Part shown: piece by piece, positions 17,723-26,229 of the stretch | Layout: each line of letters begins with the position of its first letter | How positions within the stretch are numbered: the first letter of the stretch is position 1 | Source: a virus | Lineage: Duplodnaviria > Caudoviricetes | Direction: 5' to 3' (one strand) | IMG/VR virus record: IMGVR_UViG_3300044448_000451 | Location: 1 to 26,494 of that record | Length of the DNA: 26,494 bases | Position numbers and translations under genes: made by a program | Notes under the pieces: model-generated | The model's input: the letters and a program-made list of their open reading frames with translations, nothing else | Told to the model about the DNA's origin: nothing | Databases searched by the model: none

Positions 17723-18474
17723 AATGTTGCTGAATCATAGTTTTTAACTAATTTCCAATAAGTTAGTAAACTGTTAAACATTTCTTTGTGTTTTTTATGA
17801 GACTCTTCATCCCAAACAAAAGGTAAAACTAAACTGGTATCAGCTCTATCCACAAAGATAGAAACTCTTGTAGGTTCATCTACATTACAACCTTGTGCGT
17901 ATGCTGACAACTGCATACCATGGTCGTCATACACTAACTTAGACGCTTCTTTACCAAATAAATTATCTTTAGTTTTAAAATCAATAAATATACCTGACTC
18001 AGAATACAAATCAATTTTACCACCATAACCTTGCGTAGCACAGAATGAATCTTCTGCTATCCAATCTTCATTAGGAAAAGTTTCATCTAACCAAGACTTA
18101 ATAACTTTGTATGGTTTCGTTTGTGCTTTACCTTGAAATCCTTTTTCTATTTGAGCATGTATTTTAGTTCCTTGTTTAGCAGCATTTAAACCTACTTCTT
18201 TACCTGCATTCATACATTTACTAATATAGTTGGGGTCGTCATTATCTATTTCTCTTGATGCTAATAGTGCTTGTGTAATTTTCCAATTATCTAAAGAAGG
18301 TTTAGCAGACATACCAATAATGGTAGTAACAGAAGGAACAAGACCTAAAGACCTAGCATCTCTAAGTGTAGTGTTTCTTTCTTTCCCATTAGCACCTATA
18401 AGAGTATACATAGGTTTACCCTCATGGTCATACCAATGTCCTGCTTCTGATGTGTAATTATTTTTTGTTGTCAT
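17719..18474 (-). CDS. PD-(D/E)XK exonuclease (RecB/lambda-exo-like)
   Basis: PSVTTI, GTKIH, E, GGKIDL, IDFKT and QLSAY motifs. Confidence 0.8.
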   Translation of the reverse strand: MTTKNNYTSEAGHWYDHEGKPMYTLIGANGKERNTTLRDARSLGLVPSVTTIIGMSAKPSLDNWKITQALLASREIDNDDPNYISKCMNAGKEVGLNAAKQGTKIHAQIEKGFQGKAQTKPYKVIKSWLDETFPNEDWIAEDSFCATQGYGGKIDLYSESGIFIDFKTKDNLFGKEASKLVYDDHGMQLSAYAQGCNVDEPTRVSIFVDRADTSLVLPFVWDEESHKKHKEMFNSLLTYWKLVKNYDSATL

Positions 18475-18883
18475 TTTTTTTACTTTCTTTAAAAGCTTTG
18501 ATTACGTCAGTTGAAAACAACTTCTGTAAATTAATTAAAAACATACGGCTTGCGTTGTTATCTCCACCCGATACAGTTTTGAATGTATCTAAATCATTTA
18601 CAATTTTTTTCAAAGTATCTGTTTTAAAAACTAACGTACAGTATTCGTCTTTACCTATACATAGGTTATGAAACCAGTAATCAGCTTCTGTTGCTTTGAT
18701 TCCAGAGGGTTTACCCCATGATTCATATTCGATACAAATATTTCCTGACTTCTGCCAAATATCTTTTTCTGATTTGACTTCAATCTTTTTATTTGTAAGC
18801 ATGTCTGCTATTTTATCTTCACGTATTGTACCATACTTTAAATCAATATCAAACTTTTTTCTATCTTTTTTAGTGGGTTTCAT
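18458..18883 (-). CDS. Conserved phage protein, PD-(D/E)XK-like fold
   Basis: FDIDL..G...E, IEVKSE, GNICIEY, KPSGI..TEADYW. Confidence 0.6.
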   Translation of the reverse strand: MKPTKKDRKKFDIDLKYGTIREDKIADMLTNKKIEVKSEKDIWQKSGNICIEYESWGKPSGIKATEADYWFHNLCIGKDEYCTLVFKTDTLKKIVNDLDTFKTVSGGDNNASRMFLINLQKLFSTDVIKAFKESKKNDNKK

Positions 18884-20603
18884 TCCAACTGTCTCCTATT
18901 TTATACTCACCTGTTAGTGGGCATCTCATGTTAAAAAATTTACCTGCGTCTTCTATACATTTAACTGCTAACTCTCCTACGAATTCAGCCTGAGTTTCTT
19001 TTACTTCTATTTGCCATTCGTCATGTATGTTAGCAACAAATTTATAGTCTATTGAATTTAGCTTTAACAAGTTATCTAATAGTATTAAAGCTTTTTTCAT
19101 TACAATTGCACCACCACCCTGTAATAAAGTATTAAGAGCTGAATGCTGATGTCTTAAAATTATTTTACGTCCGTCTAATCCTTTGAGATAACCCTTTGAC
19201 GATGCTCTTTCAATTCTATCTGTAAGAGCCTTAAATGATGGGTTACTATCAAAAAACTGTTCTCTAAGTTGTTTACCTGCTCTTGAACTTCCTCCAATAA
19301 TGCTTCCAAGTTTAGAATTTCCTGCTCCGTAGCATAAGGCATAGATGAAAGTTTTAGCCTGATTTCTTGATTTAAGTTTTGCAAGTCGTTGATTAGTTTC
19401 GTGTATGTCACCGTTGATAATTTCATTTGTATATCCTTCATCGTCCATGTAGTGTGCTAACATTCGTAGTTCTAAACTACTAGCATCAACACCTACTAAT
19501 TTATTTTCTTTATTTACTATCCAACAACTTCTACATTCAGAACCATAAGGACTGTTTACGCTTGGAACTTGAGCCATGTTAGGATTTCTATGAGCCATTC
19601 TTCCTGTAATAGCTCCTGTAGAAATTACTGCTCCGTGTACTCGTTCATCATCACCTACTGCTTCAATCCAAGAATGTATCTGAGCAATCCTTTTCTGATA
19701 CAATAAAAAATCTGCAATAAGTTTAGCTTCGTAAATATGTGTTATCTCTTTAAGAGTACCTTCATCAACTTTAGGTTGACCTGTAGGTGTAAATTGTTTT
19801 GGTTTCCATCCAAAATCTTGTAAGTATTCACCAATTTGTTTGCGAGAACCTAAGTTAAACTCTTGTAATCGTTGTCGCATGAATGGTTTAAATGGTCTTA
19901 CCCCACTCATTATATCAGAATATTCCTGATTGGTCAATCCCTGTTTGGATAATTCTCCATTTTTTTTCTTACGAGGTATAACTTCTTTTTCGTCAACCCA
20001 CCTTGGTTTAAAAGTTTTGTGTACTTCATCAACTGTTTCTTGTAATAATCTACCTAACTTACTCATAAGCAGGGTAGCTTTTTGCATATCAAATAGAAAA
20101 CCATTGCGTTTTTGTTGACCTAGTATGTTTGTTACATCATGCTCAATACTAATACTTTCTTTGGAAAATCCTGATGCTTTTTCTTGTAAGAAATGATATA
20201 GTTTTTTATTAAGAGTTACATCTGTAATACAATACATTAACATATCATTTGTAAAATCTTTCCATTCAGGTGCTTTAGCTTTATGAAAGCCAAGTCTATA
20301 CCCCCAAGACTCTAAACTGTGTCCACCATCTCTGCTAGGTTGAAATAACCTAGACAAAACTAAAGTATCTACAACTTTATTTGTATCATATAAATCTATA
20401 CCTTTTAATTTTTTAATTACAGGAATATCAAACTCAATAATATTATGACCTATAAGTTTATTGGCTTGTTGTAAAAACTTTATTCCTTCATCTATTTGTT
20501 TGTTGTCAAATGTATGAACACAATCATGTTCATCTATTGCAACAATGCAATGAATAAGACTAGCATCAAGTCCGTCTGTTTCTATGTCAAAAACTAAATC
20601 CAT
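18870..20603 (-). CDS. DNA polymerase family A (T7 gp5-like)
   Basis: Exo motifs DIETD, HNIIEFD, YCITD. Polymerase motifs DASSLELR, RNQAKTFIYALCYG, HDE. Confidence 0.95.
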   Translation of the reverse strand: MDLVFDIETDGLDASLIHCIVAIDEHDCVHTFDNKQIDEGIKFLQQANKLIGHNIIEFDIPVIKKLKGIDLYDTNKVVDTLVLSRLFQPSRDGGHSLESWGYRLGFHKAKAPEWKDFTNDMLMYCITDVTLNKKLYHFLQEKASGFSKESISIEHDVTNILGQQKRNGFLFDMQKATLLMSKLGRLLQETVDEVHKTFKPRWVDEKEVIPRKKKNGELSKQGLTNQEYSDIMSGVRPFKPFMRQRLQEFNLGSRKQIGEYLQDFGWKPKQFTPTGQPKVDEGTLKEITHIYEAKLIADFLLYQKRIAQIHSWIEAVGDDERVHGAVISTGAITGRMAHRNPNMAQVPSVNSPYGSECRSCWIVNKENKLVGVDASSLELRMLAHYMDDEGYTNEIINGDIHETNQRLAKLKSRNQAKTFIYALCYGAGNSKLGSIIGGSSRAGKQLREQFFDSNPSFKALTDRIERASSKGYLKGLDGRKIILRHQHSALNTLLQGGGAIVMKKALILLDNLLKLNSIDYKFVANIHDEWQIEVKETQAEFVGELAVKCIEDAGKFFNMRCPLTGEYKIGDSWNETH

Positions 20604-20615
20604 AATATCTCCTAA

Positions 20616-22286
20616 TTAAAATGGAACACTCAAATCTTCTGTACTACTATTTAGTAATTCATGGTCAGAGTATTCTGATAGTCTGCCAGTATCTTTATCA
20701 TAAACCAAAGCAGTAGCCATACCAACATCACCTGTATACCTAGACTTTAAAACTCTAAGTCTTGTAGTACGAGACTCTAACTCGTCTTCTGATTGTTGGT
20801 CACGCTCCAAAGCTATAACACAATCAGATAACTGTGCGATAGCATTTGAACCTCTAAGGTGAGATAGACTTACACTAACTCCATTTTCATGTCCTTTATC
20901 TCCTTGTACTCTACGTAAGTGAGATACGAGTATGACTCCTGCTCCTGTTTCTTCAACTAAACTACGTAGTCTAGTCATAATATTATCAATAGCTCTACGT
21001 TCATCACCTTCTGTAACAGAGCTAACTAACATATGTAAGTGGTCAACTACAACCCACTTGCAGTCACAACCTACAATGAGATATCTAAGTTTAGAAAAGA
21101 TATCATCTAAGTCGTTTGTACCGAAATGTGCATGTAAGAATACTCTGTCATTACTAAATATTTTATCAAACATTTTTATTAACGTGTCTTCATCATACGT
21201 TTCTCTAACATTATCTATGTACAATCTAGCATTGGCTTCGATAGACATAATTCCGTCTACTGTACGTCTCCAGTCTTCTTCAAGTGCAATGATACCCACG
21301 TTGTCCTCAGTTTGATTAACGAGCCAATGTTCTATCTCTCTAGTAATAGAAGACTTACCAAGTCCTGTGCCACCAGTAAGAGTTATTAGTTCTCCTTGTC
21401 GCATACCAATAAGTTTTTTGTTAAGACCTTCCCAAGGATAAGGAACACTAGCTTTCTTGTCTCGTTTAAGAAATTCTTTTTGCTTTTCTGAAACTCGTAT
21501 AATACCACTAGGAGTAAATACTTGAGCATCCCACCATGCCCTAGTAAATGCTTCATAGTTTTTACTACGTAACATATCATTAGGGTCTTTGAATCCTTCG
21601 GGTAGAGTAACTATTTTACACTTGTTTGGTTTGATAATCTTAGCTACTTCTTGTGCGTATTCCTGACCTGCTTGGTCTTTGTCAAAACAAAGTACTACAT
21701 TATTAAAACTTTCTACGTACTCTAAACTTTCTTTGATATCTTTTACTGCTGATTGAGCACCACGTTTAATTGATACAACTGCCCACTTGCTACCAAGCAA
21801 TTCGTATGCAGCCATAGCATCACACTCACCTTCTACAATCGTAAGATACTTACCACCTTCTTTAAATAGATGCTGACCAAACAATCCTGTGCCTTCAAAG
21901 TTTCCTTCTGTAACAAATCGTTTGTCTTTAACATATCTAATTTTGTGTGCAGTTAATTCGTTGTTGTTGTAATAAGGGTAGAGGTGCTGAGATAGCTCTC
22001 CAGTAGCATCGTACACAACCTTTACTCCATACTTTTTAGCAGTATCTGCAGATATATTTCTATCTGTAAGAGAAGCAAACATACCTCCATGAGATAGATT
22101 TGCAGGGGTTGATTGAGGTTTTGGTTTGTGTTCCACCGAGCGTACTCCTATGTTGTTTTTATTAGGTAAAAATTCTCCACAACTAAAACACTTTGTAGAG
22201 CCGTCTTCATTTAAAGACAATGCGTCTGAGCTACCACAAGTATTACAAGGTAGATGAAATTTTACAAACTTATTATTATCATTCAT
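20616..22286 (-). CDS. Primase-helicase (T7 gp4-like)
   Basis: Zn finger CNTC...CFSC, TOPRIM EGECD/FDKD, Walker A GGTGLGKS, DHL, LRGS, KSRYTG. Confidence 0.95.
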   Translation of the reverse strand: MNDNNKFVKFHLPCNTCGSSDALSLNEDGSTKCFSCGEFLPNKNNIGVRSVEHKPKPQSTPANLSHGGMFASLTDRNISADTAKKYGVKVVYDATGELSQHLYPYYNNNELTAHKIRYVKDKRFVTEGNFEGTGLFGQHLFKEGGKYLTIVEGECDAMAAYELLGSKWAVVSIKRGAQSAVKDIKESLEYVESFNNVVLCFDKDQAGQEYAQEVAKIIKPNKCKIVTLPEGFKDPNDMLRSKNYEAFTRAWWDAQVFTPSGIIRVSEKQKEFLKRDKKASVPYPWEGLNKKLIGMRQGELITLTGGTGLGKSSITREIEHWLVNQTEDNVGIIALEEDWRRTVDGIMSIEANARLYIDNVRETYDEDTLIKMFDKIFSNDRVFLHAHFGTNDLDDIFSKLRYLIVGCDCKWVVVDHLHMLVSSVTEGDERRAIDNIMTRLRSLVEETGAGVILVSHLRRVQGDKGHENGVSVSLSHLRGSNAIAQLSDCVIALERDQQSEDELESRTTRLRVLKSRYTGDVGMATALVYDKDTGRLSEYSDHELLNSSTEDLSVPF

Positions 22287-22299
22287 GTATGTTATCCAT

Positions 22300-22338
22300 A
22301 AAAAAAGCTAGACATCTTGCACAGAAATGCCTAGCTTT
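22300..22338 (-). terminator. Rho-independent terminator
   Basis: Minus strand AAAGCTAGGCAT-11 nt-ATGTCTAGCTTT (12 bp, one G-U) running into a T7 tract. Intergenic. Confidence 0.7.
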
Positions 22339-22354
22339 AAGTTATTGTAACAAT

Positions 22355-22624
22355 CTAATTATCTTCTGTGCTTACTTCATCAGATTGTTGAGGTGCATCA
22401 ATATTATAGAGTTCTACAATTCTATTTGAAAAGAAGTTAATACCTGCTTGTAACTCTTCCAAGTCTAAAACAATATTAGCTTTCTTTTGGTTTAGTCTTT
22501 GTAGTCTTCCAAAGATTTGTTGACCTTCTTCTGGTAAGTCTTCGACAAACACTTGTACATCATCTATAGTAATAAATGGTTTACTAGGGTCAAAGTCTTG
22601 TTTTACTTCTTCCTGTTTAGCCAC
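22355..22624 (-). CDS. Hypothetical acidic coiled-coil protein
   Basis: GTG at 22624 with GGAGAGGAG RBS, just after the SSB stop. Track start 22690 is unlikely. Confidence 0.7.
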   Translation of the reverse strand: MAKQEEVKQDFDPSKPFITIDDVQVFVEDLPEEGQQIFGRLQRLNQKKANIVLDLEELQAGINFFSNRIVELYNIDAPQQSDEVSTEDN

Positions 22625-22625
22625 A

Positions 22626-23078
22626 TTAAAACTCCTCTCCGTCTCCAAAGGGGTCAATCTCTGACCCGTCTGCTGACGTAACTTGCACAAGGTCTAGCAC
22701 TTGCATGGCTTTGAAATCTAAACCTTTACCTGCTTTGCCCTGCCAAGTCCAATCGTATTCGTTATATTGTACTCGTACTGTAGAACCATTACCTACCATG
22801 TCGTCAATGAGTTCTTTGTTGGCATTATAAAGCTTTGGTGCTTTACGTACCATACCATTTGGTCCATTAACTTTTCTTTTTATAGTGATAGCTTTTCCTA
22901 CTGGTATAGGGTTACCACTTGAGTCTTTAACTGTTAAGTCTTTAACTCTGTGACCTGACGATTGAAACTCAGATGCAGTCTCCTCGTCAACTACTAAGTC
23001 TACTGAATAGACTGGCTCGAATGTAGTGTTGGGAGTAGTCACACTTGCCCAATACGCTTTTCCTTCTACTAATGCCAT
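22626..23078 (-). CDS. Single-stranded DNA-binding protein (T7 gp2.5-like)
   Basis: G.AYWA..P.T.F, VGNGS.VRV, acidic tail ending in Phe (DPFGDGEEF). Upstream of primase. Confidence 0.8.
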   Translation of the reverse strand: MALVEGKAYWASVTTPNTTFEPVYSVDLVVDEETASEFQSSGHRVKDLTVKDSSGNPIPVGKAITIKRKVNGPNGMVRKAPKLYNANKELIDDMVGNGSTVRVQYNEYDWTWQGKAGKGLDFKAMQVLDLVQVTSADGSEIDPFGDGEEF

Positions 23079-23116
23079 ATGTTTTCTCCTATTTGGCTTG
23101 ATTGTTGATGTGATGT

Positions 23117-23145
23117 ATTATACTCCCTTCTTCATTTGTTGTCAA
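23117..23145 (-). promoter_or_regulatory. Consensus sigma70 promoter for SSB/replication genes
   Basis: TTGACA (23145-23140), 17 bp, TATAAT (23122-23117), followed by AGGAG and the SSB ATG. Confidence 0.9.
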
Positions 23146-23332
23146 GCAATTTTTGAAGAAAGTTTATAATACCTGATTGTTCAGACGCAGGAACATGAAC
23201 AACAAAAAGTTTACTATTTTCATTATACTCGTTTATATAGCAATCTTCATTCTCGTACATAATTTTACCATTATCTAAACAAAAATTATCCCAATCGTTA
23301 AATTGGGTTTGAGTTAAAATAAATGTTTCCAT
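23132..23332 (-). CDS. Hypothetical protein
   Basis: 66-aa ORF, closely packed after the upstream gene. Confidence 0.6.
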   Translation of the reverse strand: METFILTQTQFNDWDNFCLDNGKIMYENEDCYINEYNENSKLFVVHVPASEQSGIINFLQKLLDNK

Positions 23333-23333
23333 A

Positions 23334-24050
23334 TTAATTTCCTAATAATTTTAATTTAACAGCACAATTTGAAACTGTGCCTGAACTTTTAAAAGAATCT
23401 AAATAAGATTGTATTCCTCTTTTAAGTTTGTTAGGAACATACCCCTCATATCTTACATTAGTTATATTAGAATTTTTAACATCATAAATAACTGTGAAAG
23501 TATAGTCTCTCCTTAAATAAATATCTTCAATAAAAGGTAAAAGATTTCTATTTGGAGTAGGGCAAGAAGCAGTAGTTATCTTGACTGTTGATACTTCGAC
23601 AGGCATTTCGGGTACGACAGGAGCTTCTAAAACTTCTTGCTCTGGTAGAGTTTGAGGTGGGGTTTCCTCATTCTCTTTAGTTATTGAAGGAGCAGGAGTG
23701 CTTTGCAAGTCCTGTATTCGGTCTTCTTCTATAACTAATTCTTCTTCAACTCTTTGTGGTTGAGTATCAAAAAACATTTCATAAAAAGATTCAGAAGAAT
23801 TTTGAACATCTTTTAAATCTTCTTTAAGTTCTTCTAATTGTATTGAAATATAGTTTATTTGATTGTTATTGTTACTAATATCTTTAATATTTTTATCAAG
23901 ATAATTTGATATTGTTATTAAATCATTATTTAATTTATTAATTTTTTCAAATTGTTTATTTTGATATTGCTTTTCTTGTATGATTGTATTTACAAACCAA
24001 CCAAAAAATATTAAATAAGCTCCAATATATATGTAATCTTTTCTTTTCAT
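23334..24050 (-). CDS. TonB-like membrane-anchored protein
   Basis: N-terminal TM, coiled coil, Pro/Glu-rich linker, ~75-aa C-terminal domain (FTVIYDV..SNITNVRY...LKRGIQSYL...F...CAVKLKL) resembling TonB_C/TolA_C. Confidence 0.55.
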   Translation of the reverse strand: MKRKDYIYIGAYLIFFGWFVNTIIQEKQYQNKQFEKINKLNNDLITISNYLDKNIKDISNNNNQINYISIQLEELKEDLKDVQNSSESFYEMFFDTQPQRVEEELVIEEDRIQDLQSTPAPSITKENEETPPQTLPEQEVLEAPVVPEMPVEVSTVKITTASCPTPNRNLLPFIEDIYLRRDYTFTVIYDVKNSNITNVRYEGYVPNKLKRGIQSYLDSFKSSGTVSNCAVKLKLLGN

Positions 24051-24223
24051 TGTTGTGTCCTCTTTTTAATTCTTTTGAGTTTACCTCTCCAGTTTTTTTT
24101 CCAAACCTCGATTGTACCATTTTTAAAGTGTACTGTCAAGACCCCATTGTTGGCATGTAGAGCAGTTATAGTATCTCTTGCTTGTTGCTCTGCATACATT
24201 TCATGTATGTCATACTCTGTCAT
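24047..24223 (-). CDS. Small hypothetical protein (58 aa, not in ORF track)
   Basis: MTEYDIHEMY...LHANNGVLTVHFKNGTIEVW...TQQ*. TAATG and ATGA overlaps with both neighbours. Confidence 0.7.
   Translation of the reverse strand: MTEYDIHEMYAEQQARDTITALHANNGVLTVHFKNGTIEVWKKNWRGKLKRIKKRTQQ
24111..24139 (-). promoter_or_regulatory. Sigma70 promoter upstream of the TonB-like gene
   Basis: TTGACA (24139-24134), 17 bp ending in TGG (extended -10), TACAAT (24116-24111). Embedded in a small ORF. Confidence 0.65.
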
Positions 24224-24567
24224 TATTCTTCCTTATGTTTAACTGAATATAACAATGGTCGCATATCAGTTACGATTTGTGTCAGGTAGTTTAATACTTC
24301 TTCGTCTGTAGGGTGAGTAAAAGACTTTATCGTAATAGTTATTTCATAAGGTTGTTGAACACCATGCCACTCAGCAACTTTATTAAAGTAAAATTTTCTA
24401 TGCTCGTCAATAAAAGTATCATTCCCCTCAAAACCTTCAAAGTCTCCAAAAAATCCTGTAGGTTCTAGCTCTCTAATATGCTCAGCAGAGCCATAAGTAA
24501 ATTGTATTGGTTTTCGTTGTTTAATTGCTTCTATAACATCTAGTGTTGCTTGTGATACGTCAATCAT
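24223..24567 (-). CDS. Stand-alone WYL-like domain protein
   Basis: EAIKQRKPIQFTY....RELEP......G.D.....RKFYFNKV matches the WYL pattern. No HTH. Confidence 0.55.
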   Translation of the reverse strand: MIDVSQATLDVIEAIKQRKPIQFTYGSAEHIRELEPTGFFGDFEGFEGNDTFIDEHRKFYFNKVAEWHGVQQPYEITITIKSFTHPTDEEVLNYLTQIVTDMRPLLYSVKHKEE

Positions 24568-24719
24568 TTTCCTTGCCCTCTATATTTTTTAAATGTTTGT
24601 TTCTTTCTTTTAGGCATAGTCGAAGTAGCTACGTTTCCTCTACCAATATGCGTTTTTTTTCCTCTTGAACCTGTAACTGATTCGTGAGCTATCTTTCCTC
24701 TGTTTATTCTTAATGCCAT
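24564..24719 (-). CDS. Small basic protein ending YRGQGK (51 aa, not in ORF track)
   Basis: MALRINRGKIAHESVTGSRGKKTHIGRGNVATSTMPKRKKQTFKKYRGQGK*. AGAGGA RBS and ATGA overlap downstream. Confidence 0.75.
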   Translation of the reverse strand: MALRINRGKIAHESVTGSRGKKTHIGRGNVATSTMPKRKKQTFKKYRGQGK

Positions 24720-25045
24720 GTGTCAAATCCTCTTGGTTCAAAGTCTATTGCTTCTTGTACTTCCTCTATAGTTAGAGTAGGAGCTATACTATTCCCCTCA
24801 CTATCTACTCCTAAGATTAAACCATTCCCTGCTAAAGTTTGAGAATAAGTATCACCATGATAAGTAAAGAACAGTTGGTCTTCTACAAATAAACCTTCAT
24901 CATCTACATAGATGCCATTGGTATTATCAATTCTAACTACGTCAAAAGTAGCACAATCAACTAACTCATAAATATTTTTAAGAGTATCGTCATGTTCTAC
25001 CTCTCTGACTTCTTCTTTTTTTACATCAATTAATATTGCTTTCAT
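24710..25045 (-). CDS. DUF3846-like protein
   Basis: MKAILID...L..IY.LV.C..F...YVDDEGL...LAGNGLILG. AAGGAG RBS. Confidence 0.65.
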   Translation of the reverse strand: MKAILIDVKKEEVREVEHDDTLKNIYELVDCATFDVVRIDNTNGIYVDDEGLFVEDQLFFTYHGDTYSQTLAGNGLILGVDSEGNSIAPTLTIEEVQEAIDFEPRGFDTWH

Positions 25046-25053
25046 ATTTCTCC

Positions 25054-25344
25054 TTATGTCATTGTTAATAATCTTTCTTTCTCAGCTAGAGCCATAAACT
25101 CTAAATCTTTTGAAGAGTATGCTGATGTGCAATGAGTTTGTAAAAATGCAAACGCTTCACCTAAGATAACTAAGTGTTCTTGTACATAAAACTCGTCAAA
25201 CTCACCAACTATTCTTTCAGGATATACATTTAGAACATGGTCAACCACATCATTAAACAAGTCAGGTCTCCCTTTTAGTTCCCAATAGTCTCCTAAAAAA
25301 TCTATTACTTCTTCTCTCCACGTTATTTCTTTTTCGTTATTCAT
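25054..25344 (-). CDS. Hypothetical acidic protein
   Basis: ATG 25344 has a GAGGAG RBS and overlaps the upstream stop. Track start 25371 is less likely. Confidence 0.65.
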   Translation of the reverse strand: MNNEKEITWREEVIDFLGDYWELKGRPDLFNDVVDHVLNVYPERIVGEFDEFYVQEHLVILGEAFAFLQTHCTSAYSSKDLEFMALAEKERLLTMT

Positions 25345-25484
25345 TAGCTTTTCTCCTCTATATCTACCCATTCTGTAGAAATAATATCTTCATGGTCAAA
25401 GTTATAATCAGCTTGTAATATATCTTCTGCATCTGCTGAATCTTTTACAACTAACTTGACTGTTACATACATTATTTTATCCAT
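25344..25484 (-). CDS. Small hypothetical protein (46 aa, not in ORF track)
   Basis: MDKIMYVTVKLVVKDSADAEDIL...WVDIEEKS*. AAGGAG RBS. Confidence 0.6.
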   Translation of the reverse strand: MDKIMYVTVKLVVKDSADAEDILQADYNFDHEDIISTEWVDIEEKS

Positions 25485-25764
25485 TAGCTTTCTCCTTCAA
25501 GTCCTCAATAGCATCTTTAAGTTCATCAATCTGTTGTTGTAATGAATCTAAATCATCTTGAATATCATAATGTAAATCATTAACTCCCTGACTAATCTGT
25601 TCGATAGCATATCTATGGTCATCTTCTGTATTATTTTTAACATCTTCTATATCATTATGAATACTCAGTATTGTATCTGAATACTCAATAATATCTTCAA
25701 TATAACCTTCCAATCCACTTAGAACCACATGTTCTTTTGCTGTTTTTTCGTACCCACTACTCAT
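25477..25764 (-). CDS. Acidic coiled-coil hypothetical protein
   Basis: GGAGG RBS. D/E-rich heptads. Confidence 0.65.
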   Translation of the reverse strand: MSSGYEKTAKEHVVLSGLEGYIEDIIEYSDTILSIHNDIEDVKNNTEDDHRYAIEQISQGVNDLHYDIQDDLDSLQQQIDELKDAIEDLKEKANG

Positions 25765-25765
25765 A

Positions 25766-25978
25766 TTAATCTACCTCCATTATTATATCATCAACCATTT
25801 TAACTTCTGCAAAAAACTCTCTTTTACCTGTACCTCTTGGGTCAAAAGGTCTATTAGAGCCTACCAAAGTTCCATTACTTTTATAGTCCAAACCAAAAAA
25901 AGAAGTCTCGACATACCTCAATGGATTGCCTATATTTTCTTTTAATTCTTTTTTACTTTTATAAGAGAATATTAACAT
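25766..25978 (-). CDS. Hypothetical protein
   Basis: GAGGAG RBS. Y.SKKELK..IG..L.Y.ETS.FG...NRP...REFFA pattern. Confidence 0.65.
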   Translation of the reverse strand: MLIFSYKSKKELKENIGNPLRYVETSFFGLDYKSNGTLVGSNRPFDPRGTGKREFFAEVKMVDDIIMEVD

Positions 25979-26229
25979 TGTGATGTCTCCTCTACCTCTA
26001 CATATTTAACATCCCACCCATTCCAAACTCGAACACGGGTATCCCAAGATATAATTTCATTATCGTAGCCGTCAGGATATTGCCTGTTTTCATATAGAAG
26101 TTTGCCTTCTTTAAAATGACTAGCAAGTTCATCATCAGAACAATCCTCTTGCTCATAATCTTTATCATCAAAATAATTATCAGGTAATTCCCATATAGTT
26201 TCTATTGTTTCAAATACTTTAAGTTTCAT
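25972..26229 (-). CDS. Hypothetical acidic protein
   Basis: GAGGAG RBS within a 22-bp repeat. Confidence 0.65.
   Translation of the reverse strand: MKLKVFETIETIWELPDNYFDDKDYEQEDCSDDELASHFKEGKLLYENRQYPDGYDNEIISWDTRVRVWNGWDVKYVEVEETSQC

Noticed and set aside
17719-18474. Exonuclease considered as Cas4/CRISPR-associated
   Set aside because: No four-Cys Fe-S motif, no cas genes and no array.
14853-22286. Introns or inteins in nrdA, polymerase or helicase; DnaJ insertion of HMO-2011-type polymerases
   Set aside because: ORFs are continuous and of compact length, with no intein termini or CxxCxGxG repeats.
15202-22429. Nested or antisense ORFs inside nrdA, nucleases, polymerase and primase
   Set aside because: They overlap well-conserved genes and show no recognisable motifs.
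24721-24726. Additional TTGACA on the minus strand
   Set aside because: No -10 element at 16-18 bp spacing.
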